From assembly GCA_051362555.1 (NCBI GenBank), contig CM120646.1:15190001-15254000 (forward strand): 64,000 nt of DNA, given 5' to 3'. This DNA comes from Lingula anatina. Taxonomy: Eukaryota > Animalia > Brachiopoda. The notes beneath the pieces are model-generated. The model saw only the letters and a list, made by a program, of their open reading frames with translations, was not told the DNA's origin and made no database searches. Shown in pieces: positions 1 to 11,673 of this stretch (position 1 is the stretch's first letter; every line of letters begins with the position of its first letter). The translations under genes were made by a program, and so were the position numbers.

Positions 1-347
1 ATGGAACAGCCTTCCATTCCTTCGTACAATGCAACCTTGGCCCCCGAAGCCTGGGGCTTTTCCTCCACATATCCATCATACTCACATTTATCATATCTTG
101 TAATCATACATGGATAACGCTTAACGCAGATAGATTGATATTTCTCATAAAATTGCAACGCCAGTTTCAAATGCTACAGATGTTTGAAGCAAATCACCTG
201 AGCTCCCCCCTTTAATACTGCGCTTGTAATCTGATACCGCAGATTACACTATTTCCACGTCGTAATATCTATACTCAGATCTTGTCAGTGTCTCTACGTT
301 TCCTGTACTGCTAAGGTTACTTGGTTAGGCTCTGATAAACAGACTTA

Positions 348-762
348 GAGGGCATTTCCAGAGATTAAGGGACCGTTCACATGGAAAGTCTATTTTCTAA
401 AAATCTATTTTCTATTTGCGGTATCTTGTGATCACGGAAGTAACTGGCTCGCGCTGCCAGTAATTACGCCGGGGGATATTCAGGGCACAGACCGTGATCA
501 CATGATACCGCGAATAGAAAATAGATTTTTAGAAAATAGACTTTCCATGTGAACGGTCCCTAAGTTGGATCTTACTAGATCGACCTAACTCCCTGGGGGT
601 TCACGATAAATTGCAGTCAGCCGACCGCGCACAGAAGTTAATTACCCCCCTTCAGCTTGTAGTAGGCGGGACGGACATTTAAGCCGGATTATCTGGCAGT
701 AATCTAGTGAAACTCCCCACGGGGATCCGATAGATCGTCCTAAAATCTATGGGATTGCGCCC
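348..762. mobile_element. PIF/Harbinger-type MITE (outer), absent from the paralogous copy at ~31617
   Basis: Imperfect TIRs GAGGGCATTTCCAGAGA / TCTATGGGATTGCGCCC with TTA/TAA flanks. The empty site is seen in the duplicate at 31610-31625. Confidence 0.65.
369..560. mobile_element. Nested 192-bp MITE with ~70-bp near-perfect TIRs and TAA target duplication (Harbinger/Tourist-like)
   Basis: GGGACCGTTCACATGGAAAGTCTATTTTCTAAAAATCTATTTTCTATT... at 369 and its reverse complement ending GAACGGTCCC at 560. TAA on both sides. Confidence 0.9.
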
Positions 763-1646
763 TAAAAGCAGGTTTTCTGGGAAGATGAAAATATTTAGTT
801 AAAAGTGAAAATGGATACACGTACGTGTATTTGGTAATTTTGATGCGTGGCTTCACGTACATGCATTTAGCAATTTTGATGGGATCAGAGGCTACACGTC
901 TGAAACATAACCGCCATCATTGATTACCTGAGTTTTGTTTTTTTGCATTCCAATAATAATAATAATAATAACAATAATAATAAAAATATTATTATTATTA
1001 TTATTATTTCTGTTTACAAATGAAATTATTATAATTAATTATGTTACATTTGCGAAAATTAACAAGTCATGCTGATTTTCGATTTCAACCTTCCTTTTCA
1101 CCCAGCAAAGCTTCCAGTCCTAGTATTATGTTTGTGTATATTTTCTCCGTCAACCATATGAAGATTAGACTCTGATTATAACGACAGAAAATACAATAGA
1201 GTGAGTGTGATAATGATAGGGTCGCTAAACGATTGTTGACGGGATATAGTGACCAGCCTAATCCCCTGGGCCCGGTTGCACCAACAGGTTGTAAATTTAC
1301 TCGGCTACGACTGTCGTAAATCGCAACGCCTGGCGTCCGTGCGCCAGGGCTCCGTATCTCGAAAGGTTCGCTATGTTGCGCACGTGCGCAAGCGTCTCGA
1401 TTCCATAACCGATTCTATTTCGAGATACGGGGCTATGGAATCGAGACGCTCTTGCACGTGCGCAAGTGTCTCGATTCCATGGCCCCGTATTGAAATAGAA
1501 TCGGTTATGGAATAATTTTACAACAGTGTAGAGAATGTTAGGTCCTTGTTTCTATGGTTACACCGAGAGGTATCATTTAATTCAATCGAGGTTACATCTT
1601 GTAGATTAAGAAATACAAGAGACCTAATACATATTATATGAGCCTT

Positions 1647-1909
1647 CTTCTTCATGCGCCATCACCCATTCGGTGTTGACGAACGATGATATTCTGCCAA
1701 AGGGTTCTACATGTATTTCTCGCCCATGACCAAAGGTGTCTTGTTGATAATTCAAAATAATCAAGAAAGGACTTTCGATGTCTGCCTCGGGCACTTTTGC
1801 CAGGTATTCTTCCGCTCAGGCTAAGATCTTCTAATCCCTCTTTTCTGATGCAATGTCGTAAGAACTTCAGTTGTCTTTCTCTGACAGTGTTGAGAAGCTG
1901 TCTTTTTTT
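1647..1909 (-). mobile_element. 5'-truncated RTE-clade LINE fragment
   Basis: Minus strand reads KRQLLNTVRERQLKFLRHCIRKEGLEDLSLSGRIPGKSARGRHRK, typical of the RTE ORF C-terminus. It ends in an (AAG)n tail and is flanked by the TSD TATGAGCCTT (1637-1646 and 1910-1919). Confidence 0.8.
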
Positions 1910-2047
1910 TATGAGCCTTAAAATGTTGATATTCTAAGCTTTCGTCTCTGTGTTTATATATAGTAAAACATATATATATATATAATATTTAAAAAACCAA
2001 ACTATATATATAGAGAGAGAGAGTTTTGTTGTCTCCCCTGACGAGGG

Positions 2048-3660
2048 GACTTGACATTTAATATGGAATATTTTTTCCAAATCATTTTTCTTCAGTTTTT
2101 TTCCTATTTTGCTGATAAATGAAAATAAGGATTAAAATCGTGTTTTAATAACTTTAAATTATCTCTTTGATGTCATTGTGACATCAATTCCTTAATGGAA
2201 TTCGCCAGAGAAGCAAACAAAAACACATTGCCTATTCTATGACATACGACTTCCATTAAAAGAGAGATTTTTGATCTCCATATTTTCCAAATTATCGTCT
2301 GTAAAAGAGTTATACGCTCCACAAAAGACCCTCATGTCAGGTGCTAGTCACAGTGATGGTCGCTGTTACGCCTGGCCTCTTTTGGCTGTTGCCAGCGCTC
2401 TCAGGCGGCAAGGCATTCCTTGGGGTAGGTTTTTAGAATTCAATATGGAATAATATTCAAGGCATCGGTCTAAAATTGTCCAATTTGGTCCAGTTTTGTT
2501 GTAGGACATGTAGGCATTTGATTCGGCGAGTAATGGCCTACCGAAATATTATCTATGTGGTTCAAATGTGGCGATTTTGATGACCAGGGCAGCTGCTCAT
2601 TCCCTTGGTTCTGTAAGTTATCTGCTATTAAAAGTGCTCTGTGTGAACCGGCAACCTCACCGTGCAACCTTAAATTGTCCCTAAGGTGCCCCCTAACAAA
2701 TGATAGTCAAGTGGTTCCGAGATCATTCCTTAATTTGATCTGGTTCAGGTTTTCGTCGATGACTTCCATTGGTGCTTTGGCACCAATGTGGTATCCTCTC
2801 CAAATACTGACACTGTCAATCACCCTTGTCACTTTAGACCCGGCATATGCTTCGCCGTAGGCCTCTTCTGGATATATGTAAACTCTGTTTTGACGTATTG
2901 GGCGGTACAGATGAAATCTGACCTCAATAAAGAAAGCCACGCTGTTTCAGTGTTCTACCCAGAAACGTTTATGGCCCCCAATTCATTAGAGAAACAGACG
3001 ACGATGTTTTGCTGTTTACAGTGGGTGCCTCGGAGGTCGTTTGGTGTTCTTACCTGCTAAAACCAGTTTGGTGTTCACTAAGGGCTTTAAAAACGCATTT
3101 TTTGTTTAGTTGCAGCAGCGTATCCCGAAAGACAGTGGGTCCTGTACCCTGTAGGTAAGATTTTGATACATTGGGGGTGACCTCTGTGTAGGTACATCAG
3201 TCTGGGCATTACTCTATAAAACTGTGGGGACCGTTCCGTTTGGCGCTATGATCTGTCTGGTAATGTGTGTCTTTTTCGCGCCATTCTGCCATAGATTAAC
3301 AAATTTGTAATGCACTACTTGACTCATCTTTCGCACTGCAAAACTGACCGTTTGCATGCAAAATATCAAATTCTTCTGTGCAGTAGTTGCTGACATATGG
3401 ATACTTTTTTGACAGAACCAAGCTTTGCCTCAGCCAAGCTTTGACCAGCCCAAAGAAACACTATCCAATTAAATAACTGCATATTACATAATGTAGCAGC
3501 GCAACCAACATGGAACTCGGTTAATTAGTAGCGACACACCTGACTACACATTTTTCCGTTTACAAATCTTATATGCGATTAGAGTCTTTTGAAAAAAGGA
3601 CGCATTTTTACCTAGGCATACCTTCGGAACTGAAATATTCCATATTAAATGTCAAGTCTG
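2048..3660 (-). mobile_element. Degenerate Tc1/mariner element, copy 1
   Basis: TIR (CA)GACTTGACATTTAATATGGAATAT at both ends, with TA at the right end. Remnant DDE transposase motif LPWSSKSPHLNHIDNI (cf. WPxxSPDLNPIEN) in ORF 2470-2667. Inverted homologue at 11674-15490. Confidence 0.85.
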
Positions 3661-4628
3661 TATATATATATATATAATTTTTTTTAAAAAATCAAACTAT
3701 ACAGACGGAAGTTTTGTGGAAGAAACAAACAAATAACAACCCACATTTTCTACGTTAACTACGATAATTGTCATCAAACTCTCTCAGTGACAGCCTAGCC
3801 ATAGTGGAAAACGAGCTACGACCGACTTACACCACCTAGCTGGCAGGCGTAAATTTACGACTAAGTTAAGACCGACGTAAACACTATTCCAGTTTGGTGC
3901 AACTGGCTTTTCTCGGGCGTAGCATAATGCGCCCGGTTTACGCCGGCGCAACTGCTACGCCTCACTTACGACCGGTTGGTGTAACCGGGCCCTGGTCGCC
4001 TGGGTAGGCACTCCCCCGAAGAGTACTTAAGTAAACAAACGTTCTCCCGTAGCGAACTATTCTTTTGTTCAACAGTTTCGCGCGTCCAGCAGATTATATC
4101 TTTAGTAACACTAGCTTACTGCAGTTTAATTGTGCCAGTTTTTCTTTGATTTAAGTTTGCCATGTCGGACGTTGTGGACCAGCACACTGGTTCACTGACT
4201 CATTTCTTTTCTGAAGATTGGTGATGCAGATTTTTGGTGCCTAATTATTTCCCCGCCTTCTAACAAGAGAGAGAGGAACAGAGAGAGTGTCAAATGAAAT
4301 GGGTAATATGAGTAATACAATATGGCACTTTAATTTAAGGGACCCAAGAAGAAACGATAGACTGTTTCGCATCAAGGTGTGCCATTATAATCAGTGCATG
4401 GCCCTTAAGGAGTGGTTACATTAAATGCAAACTAATTGATGTACATATCTATATACCATTTTTGTGGAAGAGACATTAATTTTTAATTTGATTTTCAGGA
4501 AATCGTTTTGATTCAAATAACACAGCAACCTATTAAGGCAATTCCTTTAAAAAATCCTTTTGATGTTGTACCCCCACCCCCATTTCTTTTGCTGTGTTAA
4601 ACATCCCCCGTTTCTCATTACACACTAA

Positions 4629-7600
4629 TAGTCTATGGGCCAATGTAGACCCCCCTGTGTAACGCACACGTAATCCCCCCCCCTCCCCCTTAATGATTTT
4701 CATTCAATATGTTTTTCTGATAGCTTAGGTCTTGAGCTTTTATTTTCTGCTTGTTTGCCATAAAACTGGTGATGGGTGTGTGTGCTACAGCCGTTGCCAT
4801 GGTAACGCCTGAGATAAAAACTTTCTGAAACATTAAATAATTCAAATGTATTAACTAAATGGAATTAAAAATCATTTCAGATGTATATAGTTTAAGAGCT
4901 GCACTATACATTACGATCCTCAAAATATTCCAAGATGGCTGTAAATTCAAGATGGCGGCCAATTTTTGCTAATTTTTGAGTTATTTTAATTATTTTTAAT
5001 ATTTGAGTTTTAATTCAATTATTAAGGAATAAGAATGTGGGATATGTTTTGATGCGCCGGAATAGCATACAGTCTCTACTTGCTACCTACAGTATTTATT
5101 TTAGAGGAAACCTTTTAATTTTGTTGTAAAATCCTGAAATCCAAAATGGTGGCCAAAATATAAGTCTGCTGTCCAAACTGGAAAGATGTCAGATTTATCA
5201 TCAAAGTGTCATTCTTTATTACTTTTAATAAACTGAATTCGAGCTTAGGACTTTTTAACACAATTTGCATTAATTCTGATTACATTAAGACTTTCAAAAT
5301 TCAAAATGGCCGCCAATATGCTTATACACACTGGCTAAAACTGATATAATATATTCTTCCAACAGAATATTAATTTCAATTATCTCCCACCAACTTAGTC
5401 CCATTAGTGATTTTTGTTAACTATTATTTTCTGGTAGGTTAGGCCCTAAGCTTTTATTTTTTGCTTGTTTGCCATTAAACTGGTGGTGGGTGTGAGTAAC
5501 AGAGCTGTTGTCATGGTAATGTCTGGGGTTGAAAATTGATATTTTTGAGACCAAAAATAAAAATTAAATATTCCAAATGCATTTAATATCATGGAATTCA
5601 CAATTTTACCAAATGTGTAAATTAAGAAGTGTGCTATACTTCACAATCATCAAAATGTCCCATGATGGCAGCAAATTCAAGATGGCTGCCAATTATTGCT
5701 CATTTTTTAATAATTTTAGGAATTTTTTTATATTTGAGTTTTTATTTAATTATTAAGAAATTGCAATGTGGCATGTGTTTTGATGTTCCATAATGGTAAA
5801 AAGCCTCTGCTGTCTGCCTAAAGTGCTTGTTGAAGATGTAACCTTTAATTTTGACGTAAAATCCTGAAATCCAAGGTGGCTGCCACAAAACATGTCTTTT
5901 ACATACGGCTGTCCTAACTGGAAAGATGCCACATTAATCATCCCAAATTACATTCTTTATTACTTTTAGGTGTACTGAATATGGACCTAGGACCCTTTTC
6001 TATGACTTTCGAAATTCAAAATGGCCGCCAATTTGCTTACACATGAAATGATATAATACATTATTCCAATACAAAATAAAATTGAATAGACTCAAGCTAG
6101 CTCAGCCCTATTAGCAATTTTTATTTACTATGATTTTCTGATAGCTTGGGCCCTTAGTTCAAATATTCTGCTTGTTTGCCATGTAGGTGAAAGGTGTGAC
6201 AGATTCAGCTGTTGCCATAGTAACACAGGGGTTTTAAAATTATAATTTCTGAGACCTTTAAATTGCCATGTATTTCAAATATATGAACTCGCTGTATTGT
6301 AAACTTTTAAAAAAAAATTAGACTTGGACCTCAGTTATCAACAAAATTATTTGAAAAAATTATCATAGTTAAATTGCCAAAATGGCAGCCAATCGAAGAT
6401 GATGATAGATTTATTTTAATTTTCTTCTTATTACTGAAAGTAGCCTTTTGTAAACTTTGAAAGCAGCATTGGAATATGCTGATATGAACATAATTGCATA
6501 ATTACTGTTTACAGTGATTGTGACTCCTATATCCTCTTTTTTAAGTGTAATAAAACCTAAAATCCATGGTGGCTATCACAAATGTTATTACAAATGTTCA
6601 CGATCTTGGCTTCATATTATTCAAATTCAATACATCAAAATTGAAAAGGTAACAACAAATACAAAAGAATAAAAGAATAAATACAGATAGAAAGAAGGCA
6701 ATTTCGGAGAACAATATACAATATTAGAAGTTTAATAGGACAGCAATATATACCAAAGTAAATCACCCAGGATTTGTTGGGGTCATTTTGGATTTCAAGT
6801 TTTTTTTGTTCTTAAAATGATAATTATAGGAATAACAAACACTGTAAGCCGTAAGTAAAGACTAAATACCATATGGATATCGAAATACTTAACATTTCTC
6901 GATCCCATTAATTTTTTAAAATTTTCAACGTTAGTTACTTACAGTAGAAACAGGTTTAGAAATCAGCTTAAACCGGCCGCAATTTTGATATTGCTGCCAT
7001 CTTGAAAAAAATCACATCATCTTGGATGTTCAAAGAATGTTTTGCCATCATACCACGAATACAGATGTCTTCTTAAGTTTACATTATTGTTGAAGTTAAT
7101 ATATTTGAAATGTATGAAATTTTCTTAGTCTCAGAAATGTCAATTTCGAACCCCTGTGTTAGTATGGCAATGGCTGGGTTAATTGAATAGAAAACAAGCA
7201 AAAAATGGGATCTTAGGATGTAAGCGTAATAGTAAATAAAAGTCGCTAAAGGGGGATTCAGGTTAATAAAATCAATCTAAGTAACATTCTTTTGGAATAT
7301 AATTTTCTATCAATTTTTTAGCAAGAGTGTATCATATTGAGCATGAATATATAGTCCCCTATACTCATTGAAAGCCATTTCTTTCAAATGCGACAAAATA
7401 CATTAGTATTTCAACTTAAAATTATTCTTTCCCATGTCAAATGTGAGTGATTAGCATGTACATGAAACTTTGTGATTTCTTACAGGGTAGGTCAAATGTG
7501 AGTGACTTGCATTTATTGGGGGGTATTATAGGTCTTTTATCTAGTCTAGGTTATTGTTGACCATTTGATCTTTCTTTTTTTTAATCATTTTACATAACCA

Positions 7601-8414
7601 CACATCTAGTAGTGATCAGCACTATTAAAACATAAGTATTCATCCAAACTTAAGATAAAATTAGGAATATTGCTGTCATATTTTAGTCTACTGGTTACAA
7701 AGATGTAAATTCACGGTCGTTGGTGGCCATTTTGAATTTTGAAAGCCATACTGTAATCCAAATTAAGTCAAGTAATTGAAAAGGGTTCTGTTTTTATATT
7801 CAGTGCACCAAAAGTAATGAAGAACTTAATTTGGGATGATAAATCTGTCATATTTCCAGACAGGACAGCTACATGTAAAAGACTTGTTTTGTGGCAGCCA
7901 TGTTGGATTTCAGGATTTTTCATCTCAATAAAAGGATTGCACCTTGAACAAACACTACAGGCAGAAAGTAGAGATTCCATGCTACACTGGTGCATCAAAA
8001 TATCCCAGATATCAAAATATCCCAATTCTTTAATAATTAAATAAGAATTAAAAAATTAAAAATTATCAAAATTTCTGAAAAAAACAGCAAAAATTGGCCG
8101 CCATCTTGGATTTGCCGCCATCTTGGAAAATTTTGTTCATCGTTAGGTATAGTGCACATCTTAGACTACATGTCTAGAACGATTTTGAATTCTATTTAGT
8201 TCATGTATTTGAAATATTTTAGATTTTGTTGGGCTCAAAAATGTCAAATTTTAACCCGTGTGTTACCATGGCAACGGCTGTAGCACACACACCCACCACC
8301 AGTTTAATGGCAAACAAGCAGAAAATAAAAGCTAAGGACCTAAGCTATCAGAAAAACATAGTGAACGAAAATCACTAAGGGGGGGGAGGGTTTCGGTATT
8401 TGGCCCACGGACTA
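4629..8414. mobile_element. 3.8-kb non-coding fold-back DNA element (TAG..CTA termini, possibly Academ-type) built from ~700-bp subterminal repeats
   Basis: TIRs TAGTCTATGGGCCAA / TTGGCCCACGGACTA. ~4690-5330 is the inverted copy of ~7720-8385. Direct repeat units start at ~4710, ~5410 and ~6120. The superfamily assignment is tentative. Confidence 0.75.
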
Positions 8415-8956
8415 TAGGCTAAAAGTATCCTTTCTAGCGTTTTTATTGTTTTTCGTCATCGATTTTTCTTACAAGTTCATTTGTCAATTGATTTAGACGA
8501 TTCGATTAACTCTTTCACCCATTTATTAGGTATACAGAAATAAGTCATCCGACTGAACAAATACCGATTTTCCCCAACCACCACGCATACTCTCTTTCAA
8601 AATTTTCTTTCTTTCCTCTGGAAATGGACTTTTAACACGAACTTTTCTCTTCCTCATAGCGTACGCGATTTCTTCACTGCTTAGCTGATTTAAGACTTAT
8701 GACCTATTAACGCACACGTAATCGGCTTATAACTCATTTACTATGCTTCGCCCCCTCATGGCAACGGCCCTTAGTAACAGAGGCGTTGTCAGCCTGACTG
8801 GGGCGCGCGCCAGTAGAAAAACTCATCAAAAGACACATTTTGCGGTGCAAATTTATAAAAATTATTACATCCAACTTTAGATACTTTTTTGATTGATATA
8901 AACACACAAAAAAATCAAAAACATGATTTTAAGCGTAGTTTACCCTATAAGTGGCC
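8415..8956 (-). mobile_element. Truncated end of a Kolobok-like (GGCC..., TTAA) element
   Basis: Reverse complement of 12744-13292, ending ...CCCTATAAGTGGCC|TTAA. Confidence 0.75.
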
Positions 8957-8997
8957 TTAAACAAACTTAAACCAGGCCTTAACAGTGAGATTGTTAA

Positions 8998-11069
8998 AGA
9001 AGGACGGAAGTACATACGTTTTTTTATGTAGTCCGACTGAGTAATTTTTTAATATTCGAGTCCCGGGAATCCCGTTTCCGAGCGATAGCCTGATGCGATG
9101 TAATTGACGATAATGCAAAATAACTCACCTGAACGCGACTGCCTAACACTCGCTGAAACGGAAATGACGTAACTTATTTGGTATACTCGCTTCACCGCCA
9201 TGCTGCTGAAAAGTTTGGAAGCTTGAAGCGGGTTGTGTTTCTCATCATTCTAACTGAAACAAGTTTAGAGAGGCAAAGGACGCTATTATGTGGTGCATAG
9301 AGGCAACAGTACTAGTTGCTCTATTGACGATGTTTTGTTTCATTTCTTTCGGGTAAAAAATAGAAATTGAGAAGACAGTTTGCGTGCCACGTAAAGATTT
9401 TGATCTGCCGTCGAAGTCGATGCAGATATGTGAGAAACAATTTGAGATTCGCGCTACCTGATATAGTAACGACAATTGAAAAACATTGAAAAAGAAGAAG
9501 AAATGTAAAATTTTGCTGACAGAGATAGTTACGAGCACTCGCCTGCATACCAAGATATTCATCATACAGAGGTACAAGGTATCATAGATTGTAATGAGAA
9601 TGCAGTCTTCCATAAGTACTTCCATTACTTTTTTATTTATGATAAGTTTATATGGTTTGAAACTAACTGATGACACTCAGTATACCAGTAAAGGGCAGAA
9701 GCTGTGGAGATTTTTTAAATTACTTGTTCAGATTATCTTTTTACCTTACCTACAGTTAACTTCTGTGTGTGTGAGTGTATTTTAATAGAAAAGATTTGAA
9801 TTGTGTTATTAAGTCTGTCCACATATACGTAGAATGTTTTCTTATATTTTCAGATACTAGTAACAAGAGGGTCACAGCTGAAGGGAATGAAGGTCCAAGG
9901 TCATTTACTGTTCAGTCTTAGCCTAAACTTCAATGTAAAGGTGGGAAAGCTTCATTATATATTATTTCATTTTTGTGTACTTTAACTTATGACAATTGTA
10001 TTGATTATTATTATTATTATTTTTTATAGATGTCCAGACAAACAGAAATGCAATATGTCACATGCAGAATATTCTGGTCTGACAAATCTCTTCAGCAGCA
10101 CTCGGTCAGGATTTACATGGAATTGAATTACTTTAAATCATTTTAATTACTTAAAAAGTACATCGTTGTAGGTTTTGTCCACTGTCGTTGAAGACCGTTG
10201 AAGAAAATTCAGTGACATACCTCTGGTGGGAATAGCCCCACCCCCTTTGACAGCACAGTACAGGAGACCACAATTTTGTGAGACTATGTCTCGATTTAAC
10301 AAGTGAAGGGCAGCTCATTTGCAAGCTTTGAAAATTTCTATGTATATCTGACTTAGAACCAAAATGATATAGGGTCCACAGAGGCAACAAATGGAGAGAT
10401 GTCCATAATTAATTTTGACACCCTTCAATATATGAAAGCAAAACATGAAAACATTTTACATGAGATAAATATTTTATATGCATTTGTACCATGTGAAACT
10501 TAGAGTTCAAGCCTTAATTCATATGTCATGAAGTCTAAAACCATTGTGCAATAAACTTGCAAATGAAATGTATATAATAAAGTGTACTGTGAGATAATCA
10601 TATGAATTCAATCTGAACTTCTTTTATCTTAAGCTTATCCCATAATAGTAGTGTGGAAAAATAAAACTGACTTAATATAATGGAAAAGCTGGACACTTGT
10701 GATAAATATGCATATACAGTATATATTTTTATTCTTTGATGATTAACCATTTCTTTATACAAGATCAACTCTACGTCACTTCAGTCCGTTAATGGAATAG
10801 AAGTAAATCCAAGTTAGGCAATTTTAACTCTGTGTGATGTCCACTTGATGTAAGCATGGGACCCAGCATTCTTTTGCCCGAAAAAAATCTGCACCGCCAC
10901 ACTACTTGGCAATAAGATATGTTAAGATATTTCCTGAAAGAACAATGCGCTATAAATGCGCTATAAATAGGTCACTAGTGTACGTATTGAAGTCGCGCTT
11001 TCGGCAAGTCGAATTAAAAAAAAATACACTATCGGACTACATAAAAAACGTATGTACTTCCGTCCTTCT
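8998..11069 (+). mobile_element. Kolobok-like TIR element with TTAA TSD and a degenerate THAP-like remnant
   Basis: ~40-bp TIRs AGAAGGACGGAAGTACATACGTTTTTTTATGTAGTCCGA / inverse at 11032-11069, with TTAA on both sides. ~9270-9450 reads ...LFHFF...RKDFDLPSKSMQICEKQFE (THAP-like, frameshifted). Confidence 0.8.
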
Positions 11070-11673
11070 TTAAATAAGATTAGTGTCGTAAAATAATAAT
11101 GGTACTCCAACGATGGAGAATGTGTCATTCACAAATTTAATAAAATAAGACTGACTCAAGCCAACTGTTCATAACAAATAAATATTTTAGTAATTGAGGC
11201 TACAATGCAGCTTCTTCTGTAAATATTAGTTTTAAAAATGATGTTGCTTTCTTTGTTACTTTTAATCTTTATTTTTTACACAGGTCGCGCTGATGGACAT
11301 TTGTGTGCTGAGCATCTTTGACCTTCAAAACTCATTTGCCACAAACTGCCTTTATGAAAATGCTATTCGCTGCTTATTCCTTATTCATTATCATTCATAA
11401 TTTATAAGTACTATTTGCAATAAGTATTATGAGACAGGGTGAATTGTTGATCATGATGATGCACGATGCTGATGCTTATGCATGTTAATCAAACAAACGA
11501 TACTTAGTTCAATTTTGGACTACGGAACACTTCATATTGAATGAAATAAGCAGATTGCTAGCAATACTTAAAACGATCAGCTGCGCGTGCCAAGCTAGTG
11601 AACATAAGGGCAGTTTTCTACGGGAGACGGTTTAGTGGCACGCGGTAGCGTGGGTTCTAGCCTCTTAAAGCTA

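Larger units (their letters stand above)
1..1105 (-). repeat. Inverted segmental duplicate of the region upstream of the LRRC8-like exon (31403-31964, plus 30036-30097), interrupted by MITEs
   Basis: 1-345 is the reverse complement of ~31620-31964 (e.g. GCAACCTTGGCCCCCGA, GGGGCTTTTCCTCCACATATCC). 763-1020 matches rc of 31403-31617. ~1045-1105 matches rc of 30036-30097. Confidence 0.9.
1269..3991. mobile_element. Non-autonomous Harbinger-like TIR element (CTG TSD) hosting nested insertions
   Basis: TIRs GGCCCGGTTGCACCAAC (1269) / GTTGGTGTAACCGGGCC (to 3991), each flanked by CTG. Confidence 0.7.
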
